The position numbers and the translations under genes were made by a program. A DNA stretch of 64,000 nucleotides. Source: Myxococcota bacterium. Lineage in GTDB: Bacteria; Myxococcota_A; Polyangia; Polyangiales; JANWZI01. Each line of letters begins with the position of its first letter. The stretch's first letter is position 1. Below are positions 42,552 to 53,334 of the stretch, in pieces. The DNA is taken from positions 2,945 to 66,944 of the forward strand of contig JANWZI010000009.1 of assembly GCA_025054695.1 (NCBI GenBank), written 5' to 3'. The notes below the pieces were generated by a model that saw only the letters and a list, made by a program, of their open reading frames with translations, was not told the origin of the DNA and made no database searches.

Positions 42552-44060
42552 TCAGCGGAACAGCCGCAGCCGCCAGCCCCGCAGCGTGCCCAGATCCGCC
42601 GCCGCCGTGTCGCGAACCTCGAGGTACCAGCGGCCGGCGGCCTCGACGCCCTCGAAACCGCGCGCTTCGAACGTCTGGACGAGATCGTCCGCGCTGCCGC
42701 CGTCCCGGTCGAACAGCACGACGCGCACGTCGTCTCGGCGGAGCGCGACGACGAGGTCCCCCCGATACGGATGCGCGATGTCGACGTCGACCTCGACGCG
42801 ACGCACGCGGCCGGCGTCGGTGATCTTGATCTCGCTCGAGATGCCCGTCGGGTCGTCGTCCGGGATCGGCATCGCACGGCGGCTTTCGCCCACGATCGTC
42901 TCGCTCGGAGGCCCGCCGCAGCTCGCGTGCATCGCGCAGTCGGCATCGGCGCAGTCGGCCGCGCCGTCGCGATCGTCGTCGCGGTCGTTGGCGCACTGCT
43001 CGCGCGGCGGCTCGACGCGCGGCAAGCCGCTCACGTACGCCGACCCGTAGCGCTCCACGTAGCGGTACGAAATCCAGCCGTACCCAGGACCGGCCGGATT
43101 GTCGATGCCGAAGCTGCCCGTGCCCCAGGAATTCTTGAAGAGGAAGAACCCGCGTTCGACGCGGGGCTCCCCGCGCTCGTCGAGCAGAGGCTGACCCTGG
43201 CCGTCCACGAGCGGCACCTCGAGCGTGTCGTCCCAGCCTACGAGTAGGATGGCGTGGCCGGCGGGTCGCATTTCGCTGTCGGCGATGTCCGCGTCGTTGG
43301 GATAGGTGACCCATCCGCGCGCGAAGCGTTCGCGGCTCGTGACGAGCTTGCTGCCGCGGTGATTCCACGCCTGGTAGAAGAAATCGAGGCCGACGACGAC
43401 GGGGGTATTCGTCTCGACCATGTGCGCCTTGATGGAGCGGGTGCGCGAGCTGATCCAGCGGCCGCGCGGAAGCCGCCAGCGCATCGCCTCGAGGGCCGAG
43501 GGGGGCGGGTCGCCGTTGGTCCAACAGCGCGTAGGACGCCGCTCACCCGTGCACGCGGGGTCGTTCGCGGTCGTCCACGGCTCCGGTTCGTAGGGCCAGG
43601 CGGCCTCCTCGGGAATGCCGAAGCGAGCGATCGCGTCGAGGTTGACCGAGGCATTGCTGCCCTCGTCCTCGCGGAAACCGCCGGCCTCGACCTTCGCGGA
43701 CCACTGCAGGAACTGCTCGCTGAAGTCGGGATTCGCGATCGTGCCCTCGGCGATGTAGAGCGACTCCATCAGTCCCACGGTCGCGAAGATGGAGCAGACG
43801 CCGCGGCGGGCCTGGTTGCGCACCGGAGACTGCAGCGCGAGCAAGTCGAAGCGCTCCGGATAAACGGCGTCGGCCTTGCCCTCTTCCGGGAGCGTGTCGT
43901 TGGATGGCGCCCCCCGGCGCACCGAATCGTTCGAGAGGACCGGGGCGTCGTCGAAATCTTCCGGCAGCGGCCGGCGGTCCTGCTGGCCGGCGTCCGCCGC
44001 GCAGGCGGCGAGCCACAACGCGAGGGCCGGGCGGGCGGTCGAGCGAGCAATCCGGAGCAT
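42552..44060 (-). CDS. C1 (papain-like) cysteine peptidase lipoprotein with proprotein-convertase P domain
   Basis: LWLAAC lipobox; VRNQARRGVCSIFA, FSEQF, GHAILLVGW, FKNSWG; IPDDDP.GISS..DIAHPYRGDL..GRWYLEVRD. Confidence 0.9.
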   Translation of the reverse strand: MLRIARSTARPALALWLAACAADAGQQDRRPLPEDFDDAPVLSNDSVRRGAPSNDTLPEEGKADAVYPERFDLLALQSPVRNQARRGVCSIFATVGLMESLYIAEGTIANPDFSEQFLQWSAKVEAGGFREDEGSNASVNLDAIARFGIPEEAAWPYEPEPWTTANDPACTGERRPTRCWTNGDPPPSALEAMRWRLPRGRWISSRTRSIKAHMVETNTPVVVGLDFFYQAWNHRGSKLVTSRERFARGWVTYPNDADIADSEMRPAGHAILLVGWDDTLEVPLVDGQGQPLLDERGEPRVERGFFLFKNSWGTGSFGIDNPAGPGYGWISYRYVERYGSAYVSGLPRVEPPREQCANDRDDDRDGAADCADADCAMHASCGGPPSETIVGESRRAMPIPDDDPTGISSEIKITDAGRVRRVEVDVDIAHPYRGDLVVALRRDDVRVVLFDRDGGSADDLVQTFEARGFEGVEAAGRWYLEVRDTAAADLGTLRGWRLRLFR

Positions 44061-44274
44061 GGCGCGCGAGCACGCGGTGCAGCCTGCGTGCCCGGTGCGA
44101 GACCGCCGTTTTCGCCGTGCGGACGCGGACGGAGCGCGCGGCACGCGGAACGTCGACGGCGCCGCCGGCCACCGCGGTGGCCAGGTCTGCGGTCCCTTCC
44201 GACCTGTCGACAGCCTCTGCACCGCGCACTAGGCTCGCGCCGCCCCGCCGACGGGGGCGTTCGCTTTTTCCTTC

Positions 44275-47010
44275 ATGGACGACGGCAAGACGCGCTGGAA
44301 GCGCCGCGCGCGCGGCGGTTCATTGCTGATCGGCGGCTCGCTCGCGGCCTTCCTCATGATGGCCAACGACGAGCAGTTGCCGAGGGGGCCGCTGTGGGGC
44401 CTGCTCGCGATGCTCGTCGCCACGGTCGGGCTGCTCGACTTGCTCGGCATCCTGCTGCCGGGCGGCGAGCGCCTGTCGGCCGCCGTGCCGCTTGCTCGTA
44501 CCGCATGGGGGCCGCGCGACGGCGAGCCGCGCTGGCTGTCGCCGATGTTCACCGCGCCGGTCGCGGTGCTTCTCTTCGTGCTGTCGTGCGCGCTGCTCGG
44601 CTGGCAAGGCGTGCCCTGGGCCGTGCTCGTCGCGCTCGCGCCGCTGGTGCCCGCGGCGCTTCGACGGCCCGCGCTGCTCGTCTTCGTGCTCGTCACGGCG
44701 CTGCTGTTGCCGTTCCTGGGCGTGTACGGCCTGTGGGATCCGTGGGAGACGCACTACGGCGAGGTGGCGCGCGAGATCCTGTCGCGCGACGACTGGATCT
44801 CGCTGTGGTGGGCGCAGGAGAATTGGTTCTGGTCGAAGCCCATCCTGATTTTCTGGGCCGAGGCGCTCTCGATGGGCATCTTCGGCACGCCGTTCCGGCC
44901 GGATGCCAACCCGCCGTACCCCGAGTGGCCGATCCGGCTGCCCATCTTCCTGATGGCGCTGGTGGCCGTGATGCTCGCGCACGCCGCGATTCGGCGGGTG
45001 TTCGGCACGCGCGCGGGCGTGCTCGCGGCGCTCGTGCTCGCGACGAGCCCGCATTTCTTCTTTCTGTCGCACCAGGCGATCACCGACATGCCGTTCGTCG
45101 CGAACATGACGGCGGCCGTCTCGTTGCTGGTGCTCGCGCTGCGCGAGTCGCCCGACACCCGCGCGCGCGACTTCCGCCTCGGTCCGGTCGTCCTCGGCGC
45201 TCAGCACGCGCTGGTCGGCGGCGCGTTCCTGCTCGCCGCGCCGCAGGCCCTGTACCTCGCCTCGCGCAACGTGACGTGGCTGGACGCGGGCTTCGCGTGG
45301 CACCGGGACCGGTTTCTGTACGGCTCGGCGGGCAACAACGGCATTCCGGGCAACGCGCGCCTCGAGGACGTCGGGCCGTACCTCGACGGCCTGTTCGCGC
45401 AGCCGATGGCGCAGGGCCTGCTGTGGGCCACTGGCCTGTTCGTCGTCTTGTGGGTGTCGCGCGCCGAGCGGGGCGTGCAGCGGCTGCTGATGGGCGGCTT
45501 CTACGTCTTCGCCGCGCTCTCGTTCATGGGCAAGGGGATTCCGGGGTTCGCGCTGCCCGGCGCGGTCGCGTTGCTCTACCTCATCGCGTCGGGGCGCTGG
45601 AGCGTGCTGCTCGAGGGGCGGCTGCGCATCGGCTTCGGCGCGCTGCTCGTCGCGGTCGTCGGGCTGCCCTGGTACGTCGCGATGTACATCCGGCACGGGC
45701 CCGGGTTCACCGACCGGCTGCTCGTGCACGATCACATCAACCGCCTGGCGGCCGGGGTGCACGGCGACACGGGCAGCGCCGAGTATTTCCTCGAACAGCT
45801 CGGCGTCGCGACGTTCCCGTGGGTGGGCCTCGTCCCCGCCGCGGCGACGCTGTTTCTGTGGCACGCGCCGTCCGCGACGCGGTGGCTCGGCCTCCGCGAG
45901 CCGCCGGCCGAGCCGGATCGGGCCGAGTCGTGGCACCGGACGCAGACCCTGCTGCTGCTCGGGCTGTGGCTCGTCACGGCGTTCGTGCTGTTCAGCGCGA
46001 TGATCACGAAGTTCCATCACTACATCTTCCCGGCGGTGCCCCCGGCCGCGTTGCTCGTCGGCGTGCTGCTCGACCGCTTCGCGCCCGCCGAGCCGGAGCA
46101 GACGACCGCTCGCACCCGCATCGCTTCGACGCTTCTCGCGGCGCTCGCTCCGCTGCCGCTCGTGCTCGGCATCGCCGGGTGGCGAGGCGACGTGCGCGGA
46201 GTCATCCCCGAAGGCGTCCGGGACCGATCGGACTGGGTCCTCGACCATCCGTGGAACCCCGTCGTCGCGGGGAGCCTCGTCGTGCTCGGCGTGCTGCTGC
46301 TCTCGGCGGCATGGTGGGTGCGCCGGTCGTCTCGAAACGCGGCGTCGCAGCCGGCCGCACACCACGCGGGCGAGGGGCTTCGCCTCGGGCTCGGCATCGT
46401 CGCGGTGTCGGCCACCGTTCTGGTGGCGTTCGTCGGCCGCGATCTGTCGTGGGTGACCGATGGCCGGCCGCACGGCTACGAACGGCTCATCCACCTGTTC
46501 GTCTACAACTACCAGCGTCCGTGGCCCGAGCAGTTCGACTACCGACCCATCCTGACGGGATTCGCCCTGGTCGCCGGATTTCTCACGGCGATGCTCGCGT
46601 GGTGGCGACTTCGCACCGTCGCGGTACCCGCGCTGGTGGGCCTGGCGTTGAGCTTCGCGGCGTGGTCGCTCGACGTCTACCTCGTCGACCTGTCGCCGCA
46701 CTGGGGTCAGAAGGAGCTCGTCGCGCGCTACTACGCCGAGCGGCGCGGTCCCGAGGAACCGCTTGTCGCGTGGCAAATGAACTGGAAGGGCGAGAATTTC
46801 TACACGGGCAACCGGGTCAGCGTCTTCGTCGATTTGGACAACACCAAGTTGCGCGAATGGATGCGCGAACGCCGCGGTCAGCGCGTCTTCTTCCTGCTCG
46901 AGCACGGCAGGCTCGGTGGGCTGCGCGGTCTGCTCGGCGGCCGGCCGGTGCGCGAGCTGACCACGATGCGGGACTGCAACAAGTTCATTCTCGTCGAGAC
47001 CACCCTGTGA
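44275..47010 (+). CDS. ArnT/PMT-like (GT-C) polytopic glycosyltransferase
   Basis: GLWDPWETHYGEVARE, FWSKP, QAITDMP, MGKG, LPWY, TKFHHYIFPAVP; many TM helices. Confidence 0.85.
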   Translation: MDDGKTRWKRRARGGSLLIGGSLAAFLMMANDEQLPRGPLWGLLAMLVATVGLLDLLGILLPGGERLSAAVPLARTAWGPRDGEPRWLSPMFTAPVAVLLFVLSCALLGWQGVPWAVLVALAPLVPAALRRPALLVFVLVTALLLPFLGVYGLWDPWETHYGEVAREILSRDDWISLWWAQENWFWSKPILIFWAEALSMGIFGTPFRPDANPPYPEWPIRLPIFLMALVAVMLAHAAIRRVFGTRAGVLAALVLATSPHFFFLSHQAITDMPFVANMTAAVSLLVLALRESPDTRARDFRLGPVVLGAQHALVGGAFLLAAPQALYLASRNVTWLDAGFAWHRDRFLYGSAGNNGIPGNARLEDVGPYLDGLFAQPMAQGLLWATGLFVVLWVSRAERGVQRLLMGGFYVFAALSFMGKGIPGFALPGAVALLYLIASGRWSVLLEGRLRIGFGALLVAVVGLPWYVAMYIRHGPGFTDRLLVHDHINRLAAGVHGDTGSAEYFLEQLGVATFPWVGLVPAAATLFLWHAPSATRWLGLREPPAEPDRAESWHRTQTLLLLGLWLVTAFVLFSAMITKFHHYIFPAVPPAALLVGVLLDRFAPAEPEQTTARTRIASTLLAALAPLPLVLGIAGWRGDVRGVIPEGVRDRSDWVLDHPWNPVVAGSLVVLGVLLLSAAWWVRRSSRNAASQPAAHHAGEGLRLGLGIVAVSATVLVAFVGRDLSWVTDGRPHGYERLIHLFVYNYQRPWPEQFDYRPILTGFALVAGFLTAMLAWWRLRTVAVPALVGLALSFAAWSLDVYLVDLSPHWGQKELVARYYAERRGPEEPLVAWQMNWKGENFYTGNRVSVFVDLDNTKLREWMRERRGQRVFFLLEHGRLGGLRGLLGGRPVRELTTMRDCNKFILVETTL

Positions 47011-47036
47011 ACGGCGTGTTGCGCTACGCTTCGGGC

Positions 47037-47564
47037 ATGCGTGCTGGGGACGGCTGGGGGAGGTGGATGCGCCAAGCATGGAGCGTCGCGCTCGTCGTGG
47101 CCGCAACGGCTGCGGTGGGATCCCCCGCGTCGCGGGCGCGCGCCCACGGCTACGAAGGAGCCGCCGCCGTCATCGTCGGCACGATCGTGCTCGGCGAAAT
47201 CGTGCTCATCGGCGGTGGTATCGCCACGGGGCTGGTGCTCACGTCCGATTTGACGGACGGCGACGCCGAGGGTCCGGGGGTTCTGGCGACGCTCGGAGGT
47301 CTTGCGTTCGGGTTGGGCAACACCCTGGTGGGCGTGGCGTGGTTCGCGGCCGCGGGCGACGAGGCATGGCCGTGGCTGCTCGGCGCCGTGCATCTGGGTG
47401 TGGGACTGTGGGATCTCGCGGCCTTCGGCTGGGTGCTGTTCGGTCCGGATCCCAAACCGGCGGCCTCCAGGTCGACGGAAGCGGTGCGTTGGACCGTCGG
47501 CGCCACCTGGTTGCCCGACGAGCGCGGCGGTGCGCCCGGTGTCGCGCTGCGAGGGTGGTTCTGA
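47037..47564 (+). CDS. Hypothetical exported/membrane protein
   Basis: Signal-like segment ending ARA; hydrophobic helices; C-terminal GVALRGWF; alternative coupled GTG start at 47007. Confidence 0.6.
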   Translation: MRAGDGWGRWMRQAWSVALVVAATAAVGSPASRARAHGYEGAAAVIVGTIVLGEIVLIGGGIATGLVLTSDLTDGDAEGPGVLATLGGLAFGLGNTLVGVAWFAAAGDEAWPWLLGAVHLGVGLWDLAAFGWVLFGPDPKPAASRSTEAVRWTVGATWLPDERGGAPGVALRGWF

Positions 47565-47649
47565 CGGCGACGCGCGACGCGTCGGCCGAGCGGGTCGGGC
47601 GAGGTGCCTTTGGGAGCCGAGCCCACCTCCGAGACGGAGGTTGATGGCG

Positions 47650-47721
47650 GAGTCCGAGTACGAGTCCGAGACGGACTCCGAGACCGAATCCGAGCCCGAC
47701 TCCGAGACCGAGTCCGAGACG
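47650..47721 (+). repeat. Degenerate hexamer array R9 (12 units)
   Basis: gagtccgagtacgagtccgagacggactccgagacc... Confidence 0.88.
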
Positions 47722-47741
47722 CAGCCCCCCGACCGCGGCGT

Positions 47742-48101
47742 TCATGGCGGCACGGGACGCAGGCGAACGCGCACCGTGGTGACGCCGGGTGCCAGATCGA
47801 GCCGCAGGTCGTGCGGGAAATGTCCCGGTGCGTCGATGGTTACGATGTGGACACCTGGCTGGAGCCGTGCGGGGCGCACCGCCAGCACGCGCGCGATTCC
47901 GGCGAGCTCTTCGTCGATCCAGACGCGGGCGGTCGGCGGCTCCGCGATCACGCGCAACCACGCAGGCTCGGGCGCAGTCTGACGGCCGCCACACGCTGCG
48001 AGCCACGCGCCGCTCGCGCAGGCGACGAGGAGCAGCGTGGGAAGCGCAAGCAAACCCGGAAAACACCTCGGGCCATGTTCTCGGGCAACACGACGCGCCA
48101 C
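47742..48101 (-). CDS. Small PEGA-domain lipoprotein; start uncertain
   Basis: WLAACGG lipobox; LRVIAEPPTARVWID..LQPGVHIVTIDAPGH. Confidence 0.7.
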   Translation of the reverse strand: MARRVAREHGPRCFPGLLALPTLLLVACASGAWLAACGGRQTAPEPAWLRVIAEPPTARVWIDEELAGIARVLAVRPARLQPGVHIVTIDAPGHFPHDLRLDLAPGVTTVRVRLRPVPP

Positions 48102-48207
48102 CGGCGCGGAGTCGATCGACGCGCTTGGGTTGCGAGGCACCGCGATCTCATGGCTGATGATTCGGATTGGACGAGGCGAGCTGCGAATCGAGCGCGCGTC
48201 GGCGTCG

Positions 48208-48321
48208 AGGTCCGAGTCCGTGTCAGAGTCCGAGGCCGAGTCCGAGGTCGAGTCAGAATCCGTGTCGGAGACCGAGTCCCAACCCGAACCCGAGACCGAG
48301 TCCCAAACCGAATCCGAGGCC
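48208..48321 (+). repeat. Degenerate hexamer array R10 (19 units)
   Basis: GAGNCC-phased run abutting the guaA stop codon. Confidence 0.9.
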
Positions 48322-48322
48322 C

Positions 48323-49870
48323 TCATTCCCATTCGATGGTCGAAGGGGGTTTCGGGGAGACGTCGTAGACGACGCGATTGCAGCCTCGCACCTCGCTCAC
48401 GATGCGGGAGGCGACGCGACCGAGCACCTCGTACGGGAGACGCGCCCAGTCGGCGGTCATCCCGTCGACCGAATCGACGGCGCGAATGGCGACCACGTGC
48501 TCGTACGTACGGTCGTCGCCCATCACACCGACCGAGCGCACCGGCAACAGGACGCAAAACGCCTGCCAGAGACGTTCGTAGAGCCCGGCGGCGCGGATCT
48601 CGGCGTCGAGCACGGCGTCGGCGTCACGCAGGATTCGCAGTCGCTCCTCGGTCACCTCGCCCACGCAGCGGATCGCGAGGCCGGGTCCCGGAAACGGATG
48701 CCGCCACAGCACGTGATGCGGGATTCCCAGCGCGTCGCCGACGCGGCGCACCTCGTCTTTGAACAACTCGCGCAGCGGCTCGACGAGCCGCAGGCGCATG
48801 CGCTCGGGCAAGCCGCCGACGTTGTGGTGGCTCTTGATCACGGCCGACGGGCCGCCGTGAAACGTCGTGCTCTCGATGACGTCGGGATACAGCGTGCCCT
48901 GGACGAGGAAGTCGGCGCCTCCCACGCCCGATGCGGCTTCCTCGAACACCTCGATGAACAGACGACCGATGGTCTTGCGCTTCGTTTCGGGGTCGGTCAC
49001 GCCGCGCAGCGCGTCGAGGAAGCGTCGCGAGGCGTCGACGTGCACGAGCGGCAGCCGGAGCTGATCGCGGAACGTGCGGACCACCTCGACGGCCTCGTCG
49101 CGCCGCAGCAGGCCGTTGTCCACGAAGATGCAGGTGAGCCGGTCCCCGACCGCACGGTGGACGAGCACGGCGGCCACCGCCGAGTCGACGCCACCCGACA
49201 GGCCGCAGACCACGCGACCGTCGCCCACCTGATGCCGCACGCGCTCGACGGCCTCGTCGACGAACGAGCCCGGCGTGAAATCGGGGCGGCATCCCGCGAT
49301 CTCGAACAGGAACGCCGCGATCATGTCCGCGCCGCGCGGCGTGTGGACGACCTCGGGGTGGAACTGCACGCCGTGGATGCGGCCCCTCGCGTCGCAGGCG
49401 GCCGCGAAGGGTGCCGCGGGGCTGTCGGCGAGCAGACGCCAGCCCGGCGGCAGCGCCTCGACGCGGTCTCCGTGACTCGCCCACACGTCCACGGGCTCTC
49501 CCTCCCCGAATGCGGCGAAGAGCCCCACGGCGTGACGCACCGTGATGGTCGCCGGCCCATACTCGCGTCGGTCGGCCGGCACGACCCGACCTCCCAGAAC
49601 GTGACAGAGGGCCTGCATCCCGTAGCAGATCCCGAGGATCGGCACGTCGAGATCGAGCAGGCGCGGGTCGAGCGCCGGTGCGCCTGGGGCGTACACGCTC
49701 GCGGGGCCACCCGACAGCACGATGGCTCGCGGCGCCATCGCGGCGATCCGGTCGGGCGGAGTCGTGCACGGGTGCACCTCGCAGTAGACGTGCTGTTCGC
49801 GGATGCGGCGCGCGATGAGCTGCGTGTACTGCGAGCCGAAATCGAGGACGACGACGAGGCTGCGGCGCAT
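48323..49870 (-). CDS. guaA: GMP synthase
   Basis: [54 protein letters not shown]. Confidence 0.98.
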   Translation of the reverse strand: MRRSLVVVLDFGSQYTQLIARRIREQHVYCEVHPCTTPPDRIAAMAPRAIVLSGGPASVYAPGAPALDPRLLDLDVPILGICYGMQALCHVLGGRVVPADRREYGPATITVRHAVGLFAAFGEGEPVDVWASHGDRVEALPPGWRLLADSPAAPFAAACDARGRIHGVQFHPEVVHTPRGADMIAAFLFEIAGCRPDFTPGSFVDEAVERVRHQVGDGRVVCGLSGGVDSAVAAVLVHRAVGDRLTCIFVDNGLLRRDEAVEVVRTFRDQLRLPLVHVDASRRFLDALRGVTDPETKRKTIGRLFIEVFEEAASGVGGADFLVQGTLYPDVIESTTFHGGPSAVIKSHHNVGGLPERMRLRLVEPLRELFKDEVRRVGDALGIPHHVLWRHPFPGPGLAIRCVGEVTEERLRILRDADAVLDAEIRAAGLYERLWQAFCVLLPVRSVGVMGDDRTYEHVVAIRAVDSVDGMTADWARLPYEVLGRVASRIVSEVRGCNRVVYDVSPKPPSTIEWE

Positions 49871-49905
49871 GAGCGCCTCCCGATATCACGGGCGCGCCCG
49901 CGCGG

Positions 49906-52900
49906 TCATCCGCCGCGTCGCCGCCGCACCTCGGCGCCGAGCACGGCACCGACGCGTTCGGCCAGATGCGCGCGCTCTTCGTCGGTCAGTGCACCGCCGG
50001 CGGGCTTGCGCTCCAGCAGCGCCTCGAGATCGGCGGCCCATCGGAGCCACGCCGCGTCGGGTGACTCGACTCGCTCCGCCAGCCGCGCCGCCTCGGCCCA
50101 CCGCAGTGCACGCCGCAGGCAGCGCAGCGCCTGCTCCCACTCGCCGCAACGCGCGTACAGCTCGGCGGCCAGCGCGTACTCTCCATCCGTTTCGGCGCGT
50201 CGCGCATCCAGTCGCGCCCCGAACCCCTCGTCGCGCAGCCCCGACCGATGCGCGCGATACTCCTCGCGCGCGGGGCTGCCCGCCGTCGCGGCGAGTTGTT
50301 CCAACACGCGGTGACGCACCGTCTGCTCGACCTGCGCGAACCGATCGCGATCGGAGGGAGCCTCCGCGGCGAGGGCAACGAGGCCGTCCAGCAAGGCCGC
50401 GCGTCCTTTCTTGTCGGTCGGCAGAGCAACCGCTCCGCGCGCCTCGACGCGATCCACGATCTGCGCGATCCAATGCATCAGCGATTCCTCGAGCGCCGGC
50501 TCGACTTGCCGAACCGACGCGAGGCGGCTCACGACGTCGCGCAGCGCCTCGCCGTCCACGGGCGCGCCCGTCTCGGCGGCGGTCTGCGAAGCGCGGGAGA
50601 GGCGGGAGAGCAACGTCGCGACGTCGGCCCGGTCGGCTTGCCGGTATCGGCGCGCCGCGCGCTGCAACCGATCGGCGTCGCGTTGCACGAGGGCCGCCGC
50701 GACTTCCGCGCGGCCGCACAGCCGGAGCACCCGCTCGCGCAACGGGCGAGGCGCGGCGCCCGGTCGATCGCGGCGCCCGAGCAGGGTGCGCGCACGCTCC
50801 GCTTCTCGAAGTGCTTCCGGCGCGCGACGTTGCTCGAGCAGGTGCTCGCACTGGGTGGCGAGCGCCTCGATCCGCGCGAGGGCGTCGGACGCGTCCAGCT
50901 CCAGCAACTCGCCGAGCTCCTCGGCCGTGATCAGTCCCAGCTCCTCGTCGGTCTCGCCGTCGTCGGACTCGCCTTCGACGGGAGCCGTCGACGGCGCCCC
51001 CACCGTTGCGGCGCGTTCGGGCGGCGCGATCACCTCGCCGAGGAGCCACGCTGGCGCCTTGGCCCACTCGCCGGCGAGCACGAGGGTCTCCGCCGTGCGG
51101 CTCAAGGCGACGAGAAGCCGGTCCGCAGCGCTGCGGGCGAGCTCCTGGGCGTGCGACGAGTCGTTCGTCGCGAGTGCGTCGAAACGCGCGACCCACTCGG
51201 GCACGTCGAGCACGCCCACGACGCGGAACTCCAACCCTTTGGCGGTCTCGCTCGTCCAGAGCGTCACGTTCAGCTCCTCGGCGAGCTTGCGATCCGCCTC
51301 GGGCGCGACGGCGGCAGGATGAATGAGCGCGGCATTGCCCGCGGCTTGCGCGAAAAGCTCGAAAAGCCGCCGCCTGGAGCTCGGGTCGGACGTGTCGAAG
51401 CGCGCGACGCGCCCGACGGTGACTTCGCCCGCCCCCGACGGCCGGCGCCCCGCGGGGCGCTCGGAACGGGGAATCCGTCGGTACAGAGCGCGATCGGCGC
51501 GCTGAATCAAGGTCGCGATGGCTTCGGGCGCACGGAGATTGTCTTCGAGCTCGTGCCGTTCGACCTCGGGCCCCAAACGTTCGGCGAGCATGCGTCGGAA
51601 CAGCCCAAACGAGAACGCGGTCGGGCGCACCGTCTGGGATTCGTCTCCCGCCACGACCAGACCGGGTCGTACACCGCGTCTGCGCCCGCTGCGCGCGACG
51701 AAGTCGACGAGGAACCAGAGCTCCGAGACGGTCAGATCCTGAACCTCGTCGACCACGAACCAGTCGAACGCGAGCGCGTCGGGGACCTCGAGCTCGCCTC
51801 GCTGCATGGCCAGGGCGCGGTGAAAGGCCGCCACGGGCCCCGCGAACAGCTCTGCGACCACCGCGGAATCGGCTTTCCAGAGCGCCTCGGCGGCGCGCAG
51901 CACGTCGTCGACCACCCGCTCGCCGAGGTCGCCCCGCAACGCGCGGTACGCGGACGGGGGCATTCGGGGCACCTCGCACGCCGGCCGTGTTTCGTCGAGG
52001 CGCACGGGCGTCGCGCCTCCGACGAGGTGCGCGTGCATCTCGGCGTACAGCTCCTCGGCGCGCAGTCGATTGCCGTCGCGCCAGGGGCCCTTGGACAGGG
52101 CGTTGCCAACCCGTTGGCGAAGTCCGTCGACGGCCTCTTGAAGCGACCGTTCGGGAGGCAACCGCATCTGCGGCGCGATGCGGGCGAGCAGCTCGCGGAA
52201 CGTCATCACCTCGATCTCGAGGGGCCGGGGGGCGTGCACGCGGAACCACGCGCGCGCCATGTCCGCGAGCGCGGCGCTCCAGGTGACGTACAGAACGCGG
52301 CCTTGCACCAGCTCGGCCGCGACGTGCAGCGTGGTGGTTTTCCCGGCTCCCGGCCGACCGATGACGACCCGGATGCGTGCCGCGCTGTGCGCGGCGTTGC
52401 GTTGTCCGTCGAAGAGCGGGTCGGGAAAGGCTTCGTCGCGGCCCAGATCCGCGACCGGGAGTGGTGTGTACTCGTCCGGTGAGCCGAGTGGCAACGGCGT
52501 CGCCGTCGCGTCGTGATGGCGAATCGCGCGAACGAACCGCGCGCCCGGCGGCGCGAACGCCTCGAGGGCCTTCATGGCGTCGTGCTGCCGAGCCACCGGC
52601 ACGCCATGCATCGCGAACCACATGTAGTACTGCTGGCCGTGCGTCCCTCCGACCGGCGTGCGGAACCAGCCCGCATTGACCCCCTTGACGCTCTTCTGCC
52701 GCGTCGGCTGCCCAAACGCGAAGAGCTCCTGCAGGTGGCGTACGCATCGCCGTCGACGTTCGGGGGGCGTCTCGGACGACAAGTGCCACTCGAGTACATC
52801 GCGGTGCAGATAGATCGGGTACGGTGTCTCACCCCGCGGCACCCCTCGCGACGTCGCGACGACGGCCTCGGCGAGACCCTCCAAGTCGGTTCGGTCGATG

Positions 52901-53130
52901 CGTGGCGCGGCCGGCGCCGAAGGCTTGGGAACGTCCTCGCGGCGGTTTCGGTCGCGACGCAGCTCGCCCCGTTCCAATTTCTCTTCCAGATACCGCTCTT
53001 CGTCGCGCGTCAACGACGTCGCGCCCCCTCGGTAGTCACGATCCTTGCTCGCGAAGGGGCTCTCGCGCAGCGCCCGCTTGACGTCCATGACGGACACGCC
53101 GTGCCGGTCGGCCCACTTCTCAAGCTCCAT
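49906..53130 (-). CDS. UvrD-like SF1 helicase with extra N-terminal domains and C-terminal TPR-like region
   Basis: GRPGAGKT (I), VTWSAALA (Ia), VVDEVQD (II), AGDESQT (III), LEDNLR (IV), TSETAKGLEF (V), LVALSR (VI); Ala/Arg-rich helical repeats follow. Confidence 0.85.
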   Translation of the reverse strand: MELEKWADRHGVSVMDVKRALRESPFASKDRDYRGGATSLTRDEERYLEEKLERGELRRDRNRREDVPKPSAPAAPRIDRTDLEGLAEAVVATSRGVPRGETPYPIYLHRDVLEWHLSSETPPERRRRCVRHLQELFAFGQPTRQKSVKGVNAGWFRTPVGGTHGQQYYMWFAMHGVPVARQHDAMKALEAFAPPGARFVRAIRHHDATATPLPLGSPDEYTPLPVADLGRDEAFPDPLFDGQRNAAHSAARIRVVIGRPGAGKTTTLHVAAELVQGRVLYVTWSAALADMARAWFRVHAPRPLEIEVMTFRELLARIAPQMRLPPERSLQEAVDGLRQRVGNALSKGPWRDGNRLRAEELYAEMHAHLVGGATPVRLDETRPACEVPRMPPSAYRALRGDLGERVVDDVLRAAEALWKADSAVVAELFAGPVAAFHRALAMQRGELEVPDALAFDWFVVDEVQDLTVSELWFLVDFVARSGRRRGVRPGLVVAGDESQTVRPTAFSFGLFRRMLAERLGPEVERHELEDNLRAPEAIATLIQRADRALYRRIPRSERPAGRRPSGAGEVTVGRVARFDTSDPSSRRRLFELFAQAAGNAALIHPAAVAPEADRKLAEELNVTLWTSETAKGLEFRVVGVLDVPEWVARFDALATNDSSHAQELARSAADRLLVALSRTAETLVLAGEWAKAPAWLLGEVIAPPERAATVGAPSTAPVEGESDDGETDEELGLITAEELGELLELDASDALARIEALATQCEHLLEQRRAPEALREAERARTLLGRRDRPGAAPRPLRERVLRLCGRAEVAAALVQRDADRLQRAARRYRQADRADVATLLSRLSRASQTAAETGAPVDGEALRDVVSRLASVRQVEPALEESLMHWIAQIVDRVEARGAVALPTDKKGRAALLDGLVALAAEAPSDRDRFAQVEQTVRHRVLEQLAATAGSPAREEYRAHRSGLRDEGFGARLDARRAETDGEYALAAELYARCGEWEQALRCLRRALRWAEAARLAERVESPDAAWLRWAADLEALLERKPAGGALTDEERAHLAERVGAVLGAEVRRRRGG

Positions 53131-53206
53131 CGACCCCAATCGTGACAGAACGGTGCCACCGCCGCAGCCCGGCTCGGCAGGAGACGCACGCGTGCCGTTG
53201 CTCGCT

Positions 53207-53334
53207 TCGGTCTCGGACTCAGACTCGGTCTCGGCCTCGGTCTCCGACTCGAGCCCGGACTCGGACTCGGGCTCCGACTCGGTCTCGGATTCCTTCGCGG
53301 ACTCGGACTTGTTCGCGGCTTCGGGCTCGAGCTC
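53207..53334 (-). repeat. Degenerate hexamer array R11 (about 21 units)
   Basis: tcggtc/tcggac run between the divergent helicase and acylase genes. Confidence 0.88.

Noticed and set aside
48208-48330. guaA 3' end as a genomic-island attachment site
   Set aside because: Only a hexamer array and a small lipoprotein gene follow; no integrase or duplicated guaA end seen
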